A stretch of DNA of 64,000 nucleotides from Bacteroidota bacterium (lineage in GTDB: Bacteria > Bacteroidota > Bacteroidia > B-17B0 > Aurantibacillaceae): contig JADBXZ010000091.1 of the NCBI GenBank assembly GCA_020403265.1, forward strand, positions 9,189-73,188. Direction: 5' to 3'. Below the pieces are notes generated by a model. The model had not been told where the DNA came from and did not search any database. It saw only the letters and a list, made by a program, of their open reading frames with translations. Below, one piece after another: positions 8,283 to 18,580 of the stretch (position 1 is its first letter; every line of letters begins with the position of its first letter). Position numbers and translations under genes: made by a program.

Positions 8283-9301
8283 TTCAAAAACCAATTAATA
8301 GATTTCGCGTAGACGTTTTCAATTTCAAGTTTATCATTTACAAAAAGCCAAGAGTCTCCAGTCTTTTTATAATAGCCATTAGAATACGGTATACCCGCAG
8401 TGCCAAAATACACACTTTGGAATTCGATAATATAGAATTGTTTGCCATCATAAGCTACATCAAGTGATACATGCGGCACATTTAATTTTAAAAAAAACAT
8501 ATAGGCGAATTCAAACAAACCTTCCGGTGTATTGGCATTAGGTCCGTACAAATAATTATCATACCCACCGCCACTAGCTTTTATTCCTCTGCCTTTTTGA
8601 ATAGGCCGATTAAAGACATAAAGCATGTCTCCAAAAATATAAAGTTTCCAATCGTTTTTTAGATTTGGAATAAATTGTTGTACAATAAATTTACGTCTAT
8701 AAATATCTTCTTTTAAATAACCTTTATGCTTCTTACTTCTGAGGTAGTCTTTAAGATTTTCTTTGGGGTTCGATACCTTGTTGTTTTTTTTAATAATTTT
8801 TATTAATTCTTCTTCTGTATTAGCTAAAAAAACGCCAGTCCCGGAGGCACCTTCAGCGGTTTTAAATACACAAGGATAGCTTATATTATTTCTAAAACTT
8901 AAAAAGTCATTAAGCGATCCAAATGAAAAAGCACTTAACTGTTCGGATTCCTTAATTTCTTGCCTCATGAGTTCCATAAACACCTTGTTGTTGTTAGCTC
9001 TTAAGTGTTTGTAGGATGGTATGGTTTTTGCTCCAACTGTCTCCAATATTAATATAATGTCCTCAATAAATGATTTATAATAGTATCCAATGTCTTCTGA
9101 TGAGGTGTATAAAACAAATTGTCCTTTTAAAATATTTAAATTACTTGTGACCTCATGAAGTTTATGAAACTCTATTTCTAAGGCTAGCTCATTAAAATAC
9201 TTTTTTAGTTTTTCTTTATCCATGCCGCTGCGGTATGGTCTATCGAAATGCTTTGAGCCAAATTTGTTTTTGTAATCTGTTAATGCAATTATTTTGGTCA
9301 T
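8279..9301 (-). CDS. ATP-grasp (RimK-like) ligase
   Basis: VFKTAEGASGTGVFL, IVQQFIP, DWKLYIFG and IIEFQ motifs. Confidence 0.75.
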   Translation of the reverse strand: MTKIIALTDYKNKFGSKHFDRPYRSGMDKEKLKKYFNELALEIEFHKLHEVTSNLNILKGQFVLYTSSEDIGYYYKSFIEDIILILETVGAKTIPSYKHLRANNNKVFMELMRQEIKESEQLSAFSFGSLNDFLSFRNNISYPCVFKTAEGASGTGVFLANTEEELIKIIKKNNKVSNPKENLKDYLRSKKHKGYLKEDIYRRKFIVQQFIPNLKNDWKLYIFGDMLYVFNRPIQKGRGIKASGGGYDNYLYGPNANTPEGLFEFAYMFFLKLNVPHVSLDVAYDGKQFYIIEFQSVYFGTAGIPYSNGYYKKTGDSWLFVNDKLEIENVYAKSINWFLK

Positions 9302-11019
9302 GCGGAATTACTTTTTATTTCACTTTTTAATTGATTTAATTGTGAAGATAGGGCAGCAGACATTAATATATTATCGCGTTGTTTTTCATTCATGTATGGC
9401 TTTAAAGAGGGTATTTGCGACACTATTTTAGCAGTATTAAACAGCGCATTGTAATTGGAATTGAGCAATGAGTTTAGGAAGCTTGACTTATCTCCTGAAA
9501 TGATACTCAGATTATCCAAGTTTTCTTTTCTTACTTTTCGTTTTAACTTTTTGAGGGCAAATGCACCGATGAGTTTAGTAAGATATAATTTATTAATTAT
9601 ATCAATAGGCCGGTATCCTTTTCCGGTTTTTTGATAAAGTATTGTTGAATTTGTTTTTTTGATGATGTGCGCATATACAACCTGACCATTCATTCGTTTA
9701 TATGGATTTTTGGTTAAAAAATCCGCATTTGCACCGGCAAAGTTTGTTTTAAGAAGCTCGTTAATAAATTCATAATCTAAAAACGGTGTCCTCACAATTA
9801 AATATTCTTGTTGCGCCACAATCCATTGACCAAATAATTTCCGAAAGATTTCTTCAAAAACAAACACATACATTTTTTGGTTTTTGGTTAACTGTTTAGG
9901 AAGGTTGTTTTTATAATTGATTAATTCTAGTATCAGTTCATTTATTTCATTTTCAAATTCGTGTTTGTGAATGAATTCAAAACCAACGTATTTTAGAAGA
10001 TAGTTCCGAATTGTAACTTCATCGTCGGTATTAAAAAGAAAAAGAAGTGCTTCTGAACTAACTGCTCCTTCAATATGTAAAGCTCTGAAAAGTTCGCTGC
10101 CAAAATAACCGGCTAATAAATAATTAGATTCTTTGGCTAGTTTTTTTGAGGCATAAGAAACGTGGGAATAGATGAAACCGTTGCCTCCAACGCTTGATTG
10201 GTTGAAATCTATAGCGCTTTGAATGTAATCTTTTTCAAGATAAGATGCATTTCCTAAATTTAAACTTTGATAGGGTATATTTAATTCTATTGCATTTTTT
10301 TCAGGAATACTTACATCATCGTTTTCTGGTTTACCAAACGAAAATGTTTTAAATTGTATGTTATAATATAAGCCACAACTCACTATAGTTCTACCGTCGA
10401 AGCCACCGGTAAAAGCAACATGAGTTGTAGAATCCGGGAAATAGGATTTACTTGTTTTAATGAAGAGATCAGCCAATTCGTTTTCACTAAGTTTTACGTT
10501 TGAAGGCTCAAATAAGGCGGAAGTATCATAAACTTTGTTTTCATGAATCGCAGTAAAATTAATACTGAGAGATGTATTAGCAGGTAAAAGGGAAATTTCT
10601 TTAAAAAACGTGCGATTGAAGAAACCATAATTAAAGAGCAGACACTCGAGAATAAATTTTTTATCGACAGTTAATTCTTTTTGATAGGCTTTAATAATAT
10701 GATTAAAATTACTTGAAACTATGGTATAGCCGCTAAGGAAATAAATTGGAAGAATGTTAAGAAATGAACTGTAGATTTCTAAGGAATCTTTTGTTTGACG
10801 AATGAGGTAAAAATGACCTTTGAAGGATTTTAAATTACTTGATTGAAAGTTTTCTAATAATTGTTTATTGGAGATAAAATCCCCTGAGATATAATAAGTA
10901 GTATTCTCAAAAGTAACTTGTTCCGGTTCGGAATCAAAGGTGATAAAGTACCCGTTAGGTAGTTGGAATGTAAAGTCTTTCTGAGGTAGCAGATTTTTAT
11001 AAAGAATAAAATGGTTCAT
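9298..11019 (-). CDS. Asparagine synthase-related amide ligase
   Basis: PP-loop-like AFTGGFDGRT, LAGYFGSELFR and VRTPFLD motifs; no N-terminal Cys. Confidence 0.7.
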   Translation of the reverse strand: MNHFILYKNLLPQKDFTFQLPNGYFITFDSEPEQVTFENTTYYISGDFISNKQLLENFQSSNLKSFKGHFYLIRQTKDSLEIYSSFLNILPIYFLSGYTIVSSNFNHIIKAYQKELTVDKKFILECLLFNYGFFNRTFFKEISLLPANTSLSINFTAIHENKVYDTSALFEPSNVKLSENELADLFIKTSKSYFPDSTTHVAFTGGFDGRTIVSCGLYYNIQFKTFSFGKPENDDVSIPEKNAIELNIPYQSLNLGNASYLEKDYIQSAIDFNQSSVGGNGFIYSHVSYASKKLAKESNYLLAGYFGSELFRALHIEGAVSSEALLFLFNTDDEVTIRNYLLKYVGFEFIHKHEFENEINELILELINYKNNLPKQLTKNQKMYVFVFEEIFRKLFGQWIVAQQEYLIVRTPFLDYEFINELLKTNFAGANADFLTKNPYKRMNGQVVYAHIIKKTNSTILYQKTGKGYRPIDIINKLYLTKLIGAFALKKLKRKVRKENLDNLSIISGDKSSFLNSLLNSNYNALFNTAKIVSQIPSLKPYMNEKQRDNILMSAALSSQLNQLKSEIKSNSA

Positions 11020-12434
11020 TACACTAAGCCACGAATGCTAAGTTTAAATATGTTCCAGCTGAGAATAGCGATGGTGATTACAAAAAGATATATTTCCCAA
11101 AACTTTAATTTTTTTTTATGTTGCCAATCTAAACCAATCGGAATAAAGAAAATTAAGAAGGGGAGAGCAAGCAATTGAAAACGATCTTGAAACGAAACCC
11201 CAGACAATGCAAGTATCATAATATAGCCAACAGCAAATGAGAAAATGTAAGCCATGTTCCTGGCTCTGTTTTTTAAAGCGCAATACATCCCCGTAAAAAC
11301 AAAAAAATACATCGCGTTCCGCACAATTTCATTTTGATAGTGCATGTAAATACCAAATTGATTCTCGTCGAAATTTATTAACGAAGGGAAAGGCGTAATT
11401 ATTGAACCTAATAAAATAAACGGTGCAATTAAAGCTTGTTTGTAGGAAACACCTCGTTGAATAGCGGAATTGGTTAATTCATTTGAAAAGGCTGTTGAAC
11501 CTTGATTGCTTAGTTCATAAATTTTTTCAAGCATATTAAATTTTCTCAAAACAAAAAATATCCCAATAGAAATTAAGATAAATGAAAAGCGAATTAGAAA
11601 CTTATTTTTTTTTGCAACACTGAAATAGAAAAAAAAGTGAATGGCGGCTGCAATAATGATAAGAGGAATTAAAAACAATCTAAAATAGTAAAGCGGAATT
11701 AATGAAACGAGCAATAGGCCTACAAATTTTATTCCTTTTTCGGGTTGATGTGTAATTTTTAGTATGTAGTAGCTGGAATTAACAATTAAGAAAATCAGAA
11801 TGGTTTCTTTTAAATACATGGCCGAAAACCATAATAGAGGAGGAAAAAGCATGAATAAAATAGCAGCCTGCCTAGCTTTTTTTTCTGAATAAATCAGCGT
11901 AGCAATTTGATAAACTCGAATGGCAGTTATTGAACCAAAAACAGCATTTAGCAATTTAATGAGAATAATTGAGGGTCCCAGGTAATAATAAACGACCCCT
12001 AAATAAATTGAAAAACCATAATCCGTTTCGTTTTTCCAATAACCAGAAAGTGCTGTAAAAACGTTTCTACCTTCCTTTAAAGTTTTAGATACTAATTCAC
12101 CTGAATAATGATAGTTCCAACCATCTGCAGCTCCAATCTCCATCGGTAAATTGTAAGGGTCGTAAAAATAGGTTAAACAATAAACACCTATTATTGCGAT
12201 TATTCGGTAAATTAAGCTATGTAAAAAAAGTTTTTGCCTAAATCCAGCACTGGATTCCCATTTTCTAAAGTAAGAAGTTAAACTAAAGTAAAACCAAAAA
12301 ATAATAGTTACACCCATAACCAAAACTGGTATTTCCATAATATAATTGGGGAACAGAAGTAGGTGGATTATAATAATAAGGACAGAAAAAATTAAGGCTC
12401 TTGAATTATATTTATTTCCCCAATTAACGTTCAT
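11019..12434 (-). CDS. Polysaccharide polymerase (Wzy-like) multi-pass membrane protein
   Basis: About 10-11 hydrophobic segments, LKET and DRFQ motifs, located among glycosyltransferases. Confidence 0.6.
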   Translation of the reverse strand: MNVNWGNKYNSRALIFSVLIIIIHLLLFPNYIMEIPVLVMGVTIIFWFYFSLTSYFRKWESSAGFRQKLFLHSLIYRIIAIIGVYCLTYFYDPYNLPMEIGAADGWNYHYSGELVSKTLKEGRNVFTALSGYWKNETDYGFSIYLGVVYYYLGPSIILIKLLNAVFGSITAIRVYQIATLIYSEKKARQAAILFMLFPPLLWFSAMYLKETILIFLIVNSSYYILKITHQPEKGIKFVGLLLVSLIPLYYFRLFLIPLIIIAAAIHFFFYFSVAKKNKFLIRFSFILISIGIFFVLRKFNMLEKIYELSNQGSTAFSNELTNSAIQRGVSYKQALIAPFILLGSIITPFPSLINFDENQFGIYMHYQNEIVRNAMYFFVFTGMYCALKNRARNMAYIFSFAVGYIMILALSGVSFQDRFQLLALPFLIFFIPIGLDWQHKKKLKFWEIYLFVITIAILSWNIFKLSIRGLV

Positions 12435-13512
12435 ATAAATTAATATATTGTTGAGAAATTGATTCTATATTGTAATTTTCATGAAAGGATTTAAAAGCGC
12501 ATTCTTTCATTTTGTTTTTTTGATGTTGATCTAACTTTATCCATTGAGAAATGCAATTTTCAAACGACACCATTTCGAAATCTTGAGCAATAAAGCCATT
12601 ATAACCATTTTGAACAACATCTTTCATTCCACCTGCCGGCGTAGTGATTACTGGTACACCCAAAGATAATGCTTCCAGTGCAACAATAGGCATGCCTTCT
12701 TGAGATGACGATATTAATAGAGCATCGGCCTGAGAAAGATAGTCAGCGGCATTTATAACGGAGCCTGCAAGGTGTAAATTATCTGCGCCAACTTCAATTA
12801 TTTTCAAGTATTCATTCTCATTTATTTTTTCCCCAATTAAAACGCAATTCACATTTTGGGACACTGCCTTTAGAGACTTTAAAGTATGAGCTAATAAGGA
12901 AAAGTTTTTATAATATGTCAAATTACCAATCGCCAAAAACCGAGGACCATCTGTAATCCCAAATTTATTCCAGAGTGAACTAACCTCTTCTGCCTTACGC
13001 AGCGTTTGATATATCTTGATTCCATTGTTAACGTGACTGAATTTTAGTTTCGCGTATGTAAAAACAAACCTGTCATAGATGGATTTGGATATGCAAACGT
13101 GATTTATTTTATTATTTGCAAACCTAACGCTATTTAAAATGTTGAATATTGGCCGCCAAACATCAAAATTACTATGAATTGTATGAATAAACTTTATTTT
13201 ATTTAGAAAGAAGGAGCTTATATACACATAATAAAATGGATTGTGCAGGTGAACATGAACGACTGATGGCTGCAATAATTTTAAATGTTTAATGAGGTAA
13301 AAGAGTTGTTTTAAAGAATATTTTTTTTGCCATTTGAGCTGATGTATTCGAATACTTTTAGCGATTTTTGGCATGAGAGAATTATTTACAGATGTAGAAT
13401 TTAGTATGATAATTTCTACAGTGCACTTAAGAGCTTGTTCATTAGCCAGTTGTACACAAAAATTTTCTGCGCCTCCAATGTTTAAGGTAGAAATAACATG
13501 AACAATTTTCAA
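12424..13512 (-). CDS. GT4 glycosyltransferase
   Basis: GGAE N-terminal motif; EGMPIVALEALSLGVPVI (EX7E). Confidence 0.9.
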   Translation of the reverse strand: MKIVHVISTLNIGGAENFCVQLANEQALKCTVEIIILNSTSVNNSLMPKIAKSIRIHQLKWQKKYSLKQLFYLIKHLKLLQPSVVHVHLHNPFYYVYISSFFLNKIKFIHTIHSNFDVWRPIFNILNSVRFANNKINHVCISKSIYDRFVFTYAKLKFSHVNNGIKIYQTLRKAEEVSSLWNKFGITDGPRFLAIGNLTYYKNFSLLAHTLKSLKAVSQNVNCVLIGEKINENEYLKIIEVGADNLHLAGSVINAADYLSQADALLISSSQEGMPIVALEALSLGVPVITTPAGGMKDVVQNGYNGFIAQDFEMVSFENCISQWIKLDQHQKNKMKECAFKSFHENYNIESISQQYINLYER

Positions 13513-14375
13513 GTATTGGAAAGTATTTGATGGATTAGTTTGTCGCTTATAACAGAGTCAATTTTCCTTGCAAATAGACGATCGCTTTGCAGAATTTTCT
13601 GATAATCTAAAATAGTTAATGTTTTTGGCGGCCCATTAGTATTCCAATCGATATAACGAAACGGTTGGTTAATTAGTTTTCCTTCCAATCGTGGTGAATT
13701 GTAAACAACGGTTTGAATATATTGTTCATCTGAAGCCCATACTCGTTTAAAGAATATGTAAAGCAATTTATTGTTTGTATAGGATTGCAAAACTTCAACA
13801 ACTGCTTCTTGCGTTAAAGCCCACCATTGACTGCCGAAGTAGGGATCATAACCAGCTGGGAATTTTCTTTTCAGGTTTATAATTTTAAGAAAGACATGAA
13901 GAATTTTGTGAAAGTACTTTTTTAAATATCGGTTGCAATTTTGTAATTCATCTTGAAACCATGGATAAATTATTTTCGGTAGTCCTTCATTTTGCAATGA
14001 AAGGTTAGGTATTTTTATACCTTCTATCACACTATGTTGTATCGTTTTTAGTTTTTTTTCTATAATGAAGTTGCTATAAACTGGAAAACATGACCCACTC
14101 ATATTGATATAGTAATCAAATGTATATTCGCTTTCGAAAGCCAGTTGCATAAGATGAATTGTTGCTTCAATAACTTTGAAGCCTGCCCAACCTGCTTTAA
14201 ATCTTTTTTTTGCAAATATTACATTTACCTTAGTTTTAATATCATCTGGAACAGTAAAAGACACACCTTTTTTGAAATGGATGAAAAAAGCATTTTTCCC
14301 GTTGTCTAAGAGACGGACAAGATTAAATACATCAAGTGGTTTATTATAAACAATAAACAAGTAAGCAATTTTCAT
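13509..14375 (-). CDS. GT14 beta-1,6-N-acetylglucosaminyltransferase-like protein
   Basis: MKIAYLFIV, WAGF, SGSCFP, GSQWWALT, DEQYIQT and FARK motifs. Confidence 0.85.
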   Translation of the reverse strand: MKIAYLFIVYNKPLDVFNLVRLLDNGKNAFFIHFKKGVSFTVPDDIKTKVNVIFAKKRFKAGWAGFKVIEATIHLMQLAFESEYTFDYYINMSGSCFPVYSNFIIEKKLKTIQHSVIEGIKIPNLSLQNEGLPKIIYPWFQDELQNCNRYLKKYFHKILHVFLKIINLKRKFPAGYDPYFGSQWWALTQEAVVEVLQSYTNNKLLYIFFKRVWASDEQYIQTVVYNSPRLEGKLINQPFRYIDWNTNGPPKTLTILDYQKILQSDRLFARKIDSVISDKLIHQILSNT

Positions 14376-15202
14376 TGTTTCCTTAGTAGTTTTTTTATTA
14401 TATATTTTTTGATATCGTTTATACCAACAAGGCTTTTTAATTGCAACGCTAATTCAATAATGCTGACTCTAAATTCATTATCGTATTTATAATCAAAGGC
14501 TTTGTTTAAATCCATAATATTATTAATTCTGAATGCAATGGCTTTTTCATATGTCAAACTACTCCACATGCCACCTTTATGGGAGCGATAGGAACTCATT
14601 ACTTCGTTGAGGTATCTTACTTTCCCTTTTTCGGCCATTAAAATATTCATATACCAGTCTGTTGATTTAAGCATCAACATTTTACTAAAATCTTTCTCAG
14701 TGAAAATATTTTTAAATACTATAGATGCTGATGGGATAAAATTAGATTTTAACAGATCAGTTAAATAAAAATCTTTTTCAGTTTCTATTTCCGTATATTT
14801 ATTATAAGTGTTTTTAGTTTCATTATAAATGAAGGCATTGTGAAAGCAACAGGAGTATTCAGGATGTTGATTTAAAAAATCAACTTGTTTTTGTAGTTTA
14901 TTTTCATCTGTCCAAAAATCATCACCTTCACAAATGGCAATATATTTTCCTTTACAATTTTTTAGAACATTTAGCTCATTTTTAATTGCCCCTAAATTAT
15001 TTTTATTTGCGATTAATTTAATTTTATCTGGATAAAGCGTTTGATATTTTTCAATAATTTTTAATGTACCATCAGAGGAGCAATCTTCTCCAATAATTAA
15101 TTCGTAGTTAAAATTAGCTTTCTGATTAAGAACCCCTTTAATTGTGTCTTCAATATAGTCTTGGTGATTAAAAGTTATGCAACAAATACTAACTAATATC
15201 AT
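14372..15202 (-). CDS. GT2 glycosyltransferase
   Basis: VSICCITFNH, GEDCSSDGT and ICEGDDFWTDENKLQKQ motifs. Confidence 0.9.
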   Translation of the reverse strand: MILVSICCITFNHQDYIEDTIKGVLNQKANFNYELIIGEDCSSDGTLKIIEKYQTLYPDKIKLIANKNNLGAIKNELNVLKNCKGKYIAICEGDDFWTDENKLQKQVDFLNQHPEYSCCFHNAFIYNETKNTYNKYTEIETEKDFYLTDLLKSNFIPSASIVFKNIFTEKDFSKMLMLKSTDWYMNILMAEKGKVRYLNEVMSSYRSHKGGMWSSLTYEKAIAFRINNIMDLNKAFDYKYDNEFRVSIIELALQLKSLVGINDIKKYIIKKLLRKQ

Positions 15203-15203
15203 T

Positions 15204-15872
15204 TTATTCGCTTTTAGTACTGTAAATAAATATTTTCAAATAAGTATCCTTATTAAATTTATAAGTTAACTCATTTATTCTTTTAAAACAATTAGACTTA
15301 TCAAATATCTCACTACAAACAGGATGGTTATAAATAATAGTTAATTCTCTGGGATTTTTCTTTAGTGAATCTTCCAAGTTTACTAATACCTCCTTAACAA
15401 CGTTACACGGAAAAGGATTGAATAAATAAACGTAGTTAAAACCCGTGTAATCTGTATATTTTCCTGCATCTTCATTTATAACTTCAGCGTGCTTTATTTT
15501 CAATAGTTTTAAATTTTTTGTTGCAATAACACACAATGCTCTTGATAATTCAACACCTACAACTTTTTTAAATTGATATTTTGAAAATTGTACAAGTGCA
15601 TGACCTTTTCCACATCCTAAGTCTATAATTGAATCGTTTTCATTAATTTTCAATTGATTTAAAAGAAAACTCAAGCTATTAAAGTTTTGCATTGCTTCAT
15701 GTCCGTTTGCTCTTGCTTCTTCAATCCCCAATTGATTATAATTAAAATCAGGTTTAAAGTCTAAACCTCTATAATTATGATATAGTAACCGCATTCTTTT
15801 AACTATACTTTCATTTGGGTTCATTATTAAAAACATAACCCTTTGAAAAAACTTCTTTTTCTTATGCTGCAT
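15204..15872 (-). CDS. Class I SAM-dependent methyltransferase
   Basis: IDLGCGKG, GVELS and YLFNPF motifs. Confidence 0.85.
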   Translation of the reverse strand: MQHKKKKFFQRVMFLIMNPNESIVKRMRLLYHNYRGLDFKPDFNYNQLGIEEARANGHEAMQNFNSLSFLLNQLKINENDSIIDLGCGKGHALVQFSKYQFKKVVGVELSRALCVIATKNLKLLKIKHAEVINEDAGKYTDYTGFNYVYLFNPFPCNVVKEVLVNLEDSLKKNPRELTIIYNHPVCSEIFDKSNCFKRINELTYKFNKDTYLKIFIYSTKSE

Positions 15873-15878
15873 TGTTAA

Positions 15879-16961
15879 TCATGATTTATTTTCTTTTAGA
15901 GTATCTTGAACGAGTTTCATGGACGTAAGTGCTTTGTGATAAAAGTAAGATGAAAATAAAGTATTTCCTTTAATTACAGTCTGATATAAGTACTGCCTTC
16001 CGGTACTGAATTGTCGTTTATAAAGATCATCACCCCAGCCTTCTGACTGATCAGAATACTTACTCTCATATGAATCTTTCAAACTACATTCAAGAGATAA
16101 TATTCCTACAGAATACTGTTTATAATTTCGATCAAACGAAGCATCTAGACAGTATTTTTTATTTTTGTAAATGATATTTAATCGATAAGCGACTTTCTTA
16201 TCATTTAAACAAACATAGATTATCTTGCCAGAAAACTGTTTTACTAAATTCAAAATCATCTGTCGTTTGATTGGATTTAAATATATATTGTCTTTATTAT
16301 CGACCAGCTTAGAATTTGACATTTCTTCTATATGCCTTAAGTCCTCTTCTTCATACTGCTTGACAATAAAATCGATTTTTAATCCATCATTTATAATTTT
16401 ATTTTTACATGTTCTTAAATTTTGTTTATGGCTAGCTGAATATGATTTAGAATACTCTATATAATTAGTGCTATTTGAAATTTCAAATTCATAAAGTTTA
16501 TTATACATGTAAGCACTTGAAATTAATAAACTTAACAAATTAGTCTCGGTGCCAATTTGTTGCAAAAAAATTATATCATACTTTTCTTTTTTATTGATAT
16601 AACTCAAAACGTAATTAAATTCTTCTTTAGATATTTTCTCTGAAATAATATCACAAAAATCTGCCAAGTATTCTTGACAAATAAATTCAATACGTTTATA
16701 TTTAATAAACATTTTATTTTTTTGTCTCATTAGCCAGGGGAAAACAGCCTTTAGTTCATTTTTAAAATATAAAAAAACAACAAATAAACTTAAGTCGCTA
16801 TTATTTTTTTTCGAGTTCCAAGCAATCTTTATAAAGTCATAAGTATTAAATATCTCAGTAACCCCTAGCTTTCTTTCAAAATTTTTCCACTCCAATTCAT
16901 AGTCTATAAAAACACTACTGTTCTTGAATATCTTGATGCTATAGTCTAATCTATTTTGCAT
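15879..16961 (-). CDS. GNAT-family (CelD/BcsL-like) acyltransferase
   Basis: YSVGILSL...GWGDDLYKRQF C-terminal pattern; position in the glycan locus. Confidence 0.6.
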   Translation of the reverse strand: MQNRLDYSIKIFKNSSVFIDYELEWKNFERKLGVTEIFNTYDFIKIAWNSKKNNSDLSLFVVFLYFKNELKAVFPWLMRQKNKMFIKYKRIEFICQEYLADFCDIISEKISKEEFNYVLSYINKKEKYDIIFLQQIGTETNLLSLLISSAYMYNKLYEFEISNSTNYIEYSKSYSASHKQNLRTCKNKIINDGLKIDFIVKQYEEEDLRHIEEMSNSKLVDNKDNIYLNPIKRQMILNLVKQFSGKIIYVCLNDKKVAYRLNIIYKNKKYCLDASFDRNYKQYSVGILSLECSLKDSYESKYSDQSEGWGDDLYKRQFSTGRQYLYQTVIKGNTLFSSYFYHKALTSMKLVQDTLKENKS

Positions 16962-16964
16962 TAC

Positions 16965-17687
16965 CTAAAATAGAGTATATTGATTAAGATATTTTGCAGA
17001 AGATATGCCGTTGAACATTAATACATCAATCACAGATAGATTGTTTAAGAATTTTTGGCCAAATTGTTGGTATGTAAAATCGTCCTTTTTTATAAAACTT
17101 AAATGAATGCCTTGCTTTAAAAAATCTTCTTTTGAATATAAATCCAATCCTCCAATCGGATTTATATAGTGATTACCATTTAATTTTTTACACAAATAGA
17201 CAACTCTTTGACTTGATTCAAGCTTATATTCATTATTGTTATCAATCTCTGAACTAATTAATATTGGTGTTTTAATATTTAGATAATTGTTAATTTTGAC
17301 AATTGAATTTTCTAAATATTTAAACAAGTTTTTATCTTCAAATAAGATTATCTCTTTAAAAAGTGATAAAACCTCATCATAAAATGGCGCTTTCTTGTAC
17401 GCTTCAGAAAATTTATTTAAGATTTTTATTCGTTCTTTTTCGAAATCAATAGAGATATATCTATCCTTTATATTTAAATAATCAGAATCCTTTTTTAACG
17501 GTATTGTAATAAGATGTTCATAATCATTCAGCAAGATACGGTTTCGGTTTATCCACCCTTTTTTAGTATACTTTATATTATCATATATTACAAATTTATC
17601 AACAGCATTAATCAGTTGAAAATATCCAAAGTAAGGGATAAAATATGGCTGCATTATTCCAATTTTAGTATTTAAATCCTTACCCAT
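16965..17687 (-). CDS. wbqC: WbqC family protein (putative glycine transferase)
   Basis: IMQPYFIPYFGYFQLINAVDKFVIYD, WINRNRI, YINPIGG and LSVIDVLMFNG motifs. Confidence 0.9.
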   Translation of the reverse strand: MGKDLNTKIGIMQPYFIPYFGYFQLINAVDKFVIYDNIKYTKKGWINRNRILLNDYEHLITIPLKKDSDYLNIKDRYISIDFEKERIKILNKFSEAYKKAPFYDEVLSLFKEIILFEDKNLFKYLENSIVKINNYLNIKTPILISSEIDNNNEYKLESSQRVVYLCKKLNGNHYINPIGGLDLYSKEDFLKQGIHLSFIKKDDFTYQQFGQKFLNNLSVIDVLMFNGISSAKYLNQYTLF

Positions 17688-18577
17688 TTATTAGGACCAT
17701 TGTAGTTTTCATATTCTAACTGGAACTTAATATTACTAAACCAATTTGTTGGATACGTAATTAATTTATCTTCACTACTTAACCAGGCCGCCCACCAACT
17801 AAATGTACTATTAGCCATTATAAAGTGTTTACAAGAACGCATCAATTCTAAATCCAAATAGTCTTTTGAACCATTATTGTTATTTACAAATATCACTTTA
17901 TCATTAACTAATAAATTATTTAATAGTTCCTTTGCTCCTGCTCTATCATCTGAAAAAACATAAAATACCGGGTTATTAACTTTTGATTTAACGAACTCGA
18001 TCGCTTTTTCATAATACTCTTTGTCTAAAATGGTAAATAACTCTTTATGCAATAGATAATCCCCTCTCCTAACGTGTATACCAATAGAATTTTTGTTAAT
18101 TATTTCGTTCTTTAATGAGTAATTGTCCAAATCTAATTCTTCATTAATTTCAAAATCATTCTTAAATCTATCATAATTTAACTCGAAATACTTTTGATCG
18201 CCCCAATACCCATCCAAATAAATAAACTCGAGTTTATCAATGTTTTGTTTAACCAAATCATACCTGGCTTCATTTACAACAAAATCATTTTTAGAATAAT
18301 AACCCATTCTCTTTTTTAAAAAATTACTTACTTTATTACCCGAAAACCATCCTTTTGATAACCGTAATATTTTGTCTAATTCATTATCATCAAGGACTTC
18401 CTGATTAATTTTATACTTATCTAATCTATACATAGATTTGCCAGCAACAGACTCTTGCTTTTTAATTTGACTTAAATCAAGTTTTAACTCTCTGTCTAGC
18501 GATAAGGATAAGCTTTTTGCAAAAGCATATTGAAACAATTGATTACCTAGTCCGCTATGTATTTTTACAATTATCAC
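17672..18577 (-). CDS. GT11 alpha-1,2-fucosyltransferase family
   Basis: GLGNQLFQYA, IHVRRGDY, VFSDD and ANSTFSWWAAWL motifs. Confidence 0.9.
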   Translation of the reverse strand: MIIVKIHSGLGNQLFQYAFAKSLSLSLDRELKLDLSQIKKQESVAGKSMYRLDKYKINQEVLDDNELDKILRLSKGWFSGNKVSNFLKKRMGYYSKNDFVVNEARYDLVKQNIDKLEFIYLDGYWGDQKYFELNYDRFKNDFEINEELDLDNYSLKNEIINKNSIGIHVRRGDYLLHKELFTILDKEYYEKAIEFVKSKVNNPVFYVFSDDRAGAKELLNNLLVNDKVIFVNNNNGSKDYLDLELMRSCKHFIMANSTFSWWAAWLSSEDKLITYPTNWFSNIKFQLEYENYNGPNKWVRI

Positions 18578-18580
18578 TAC

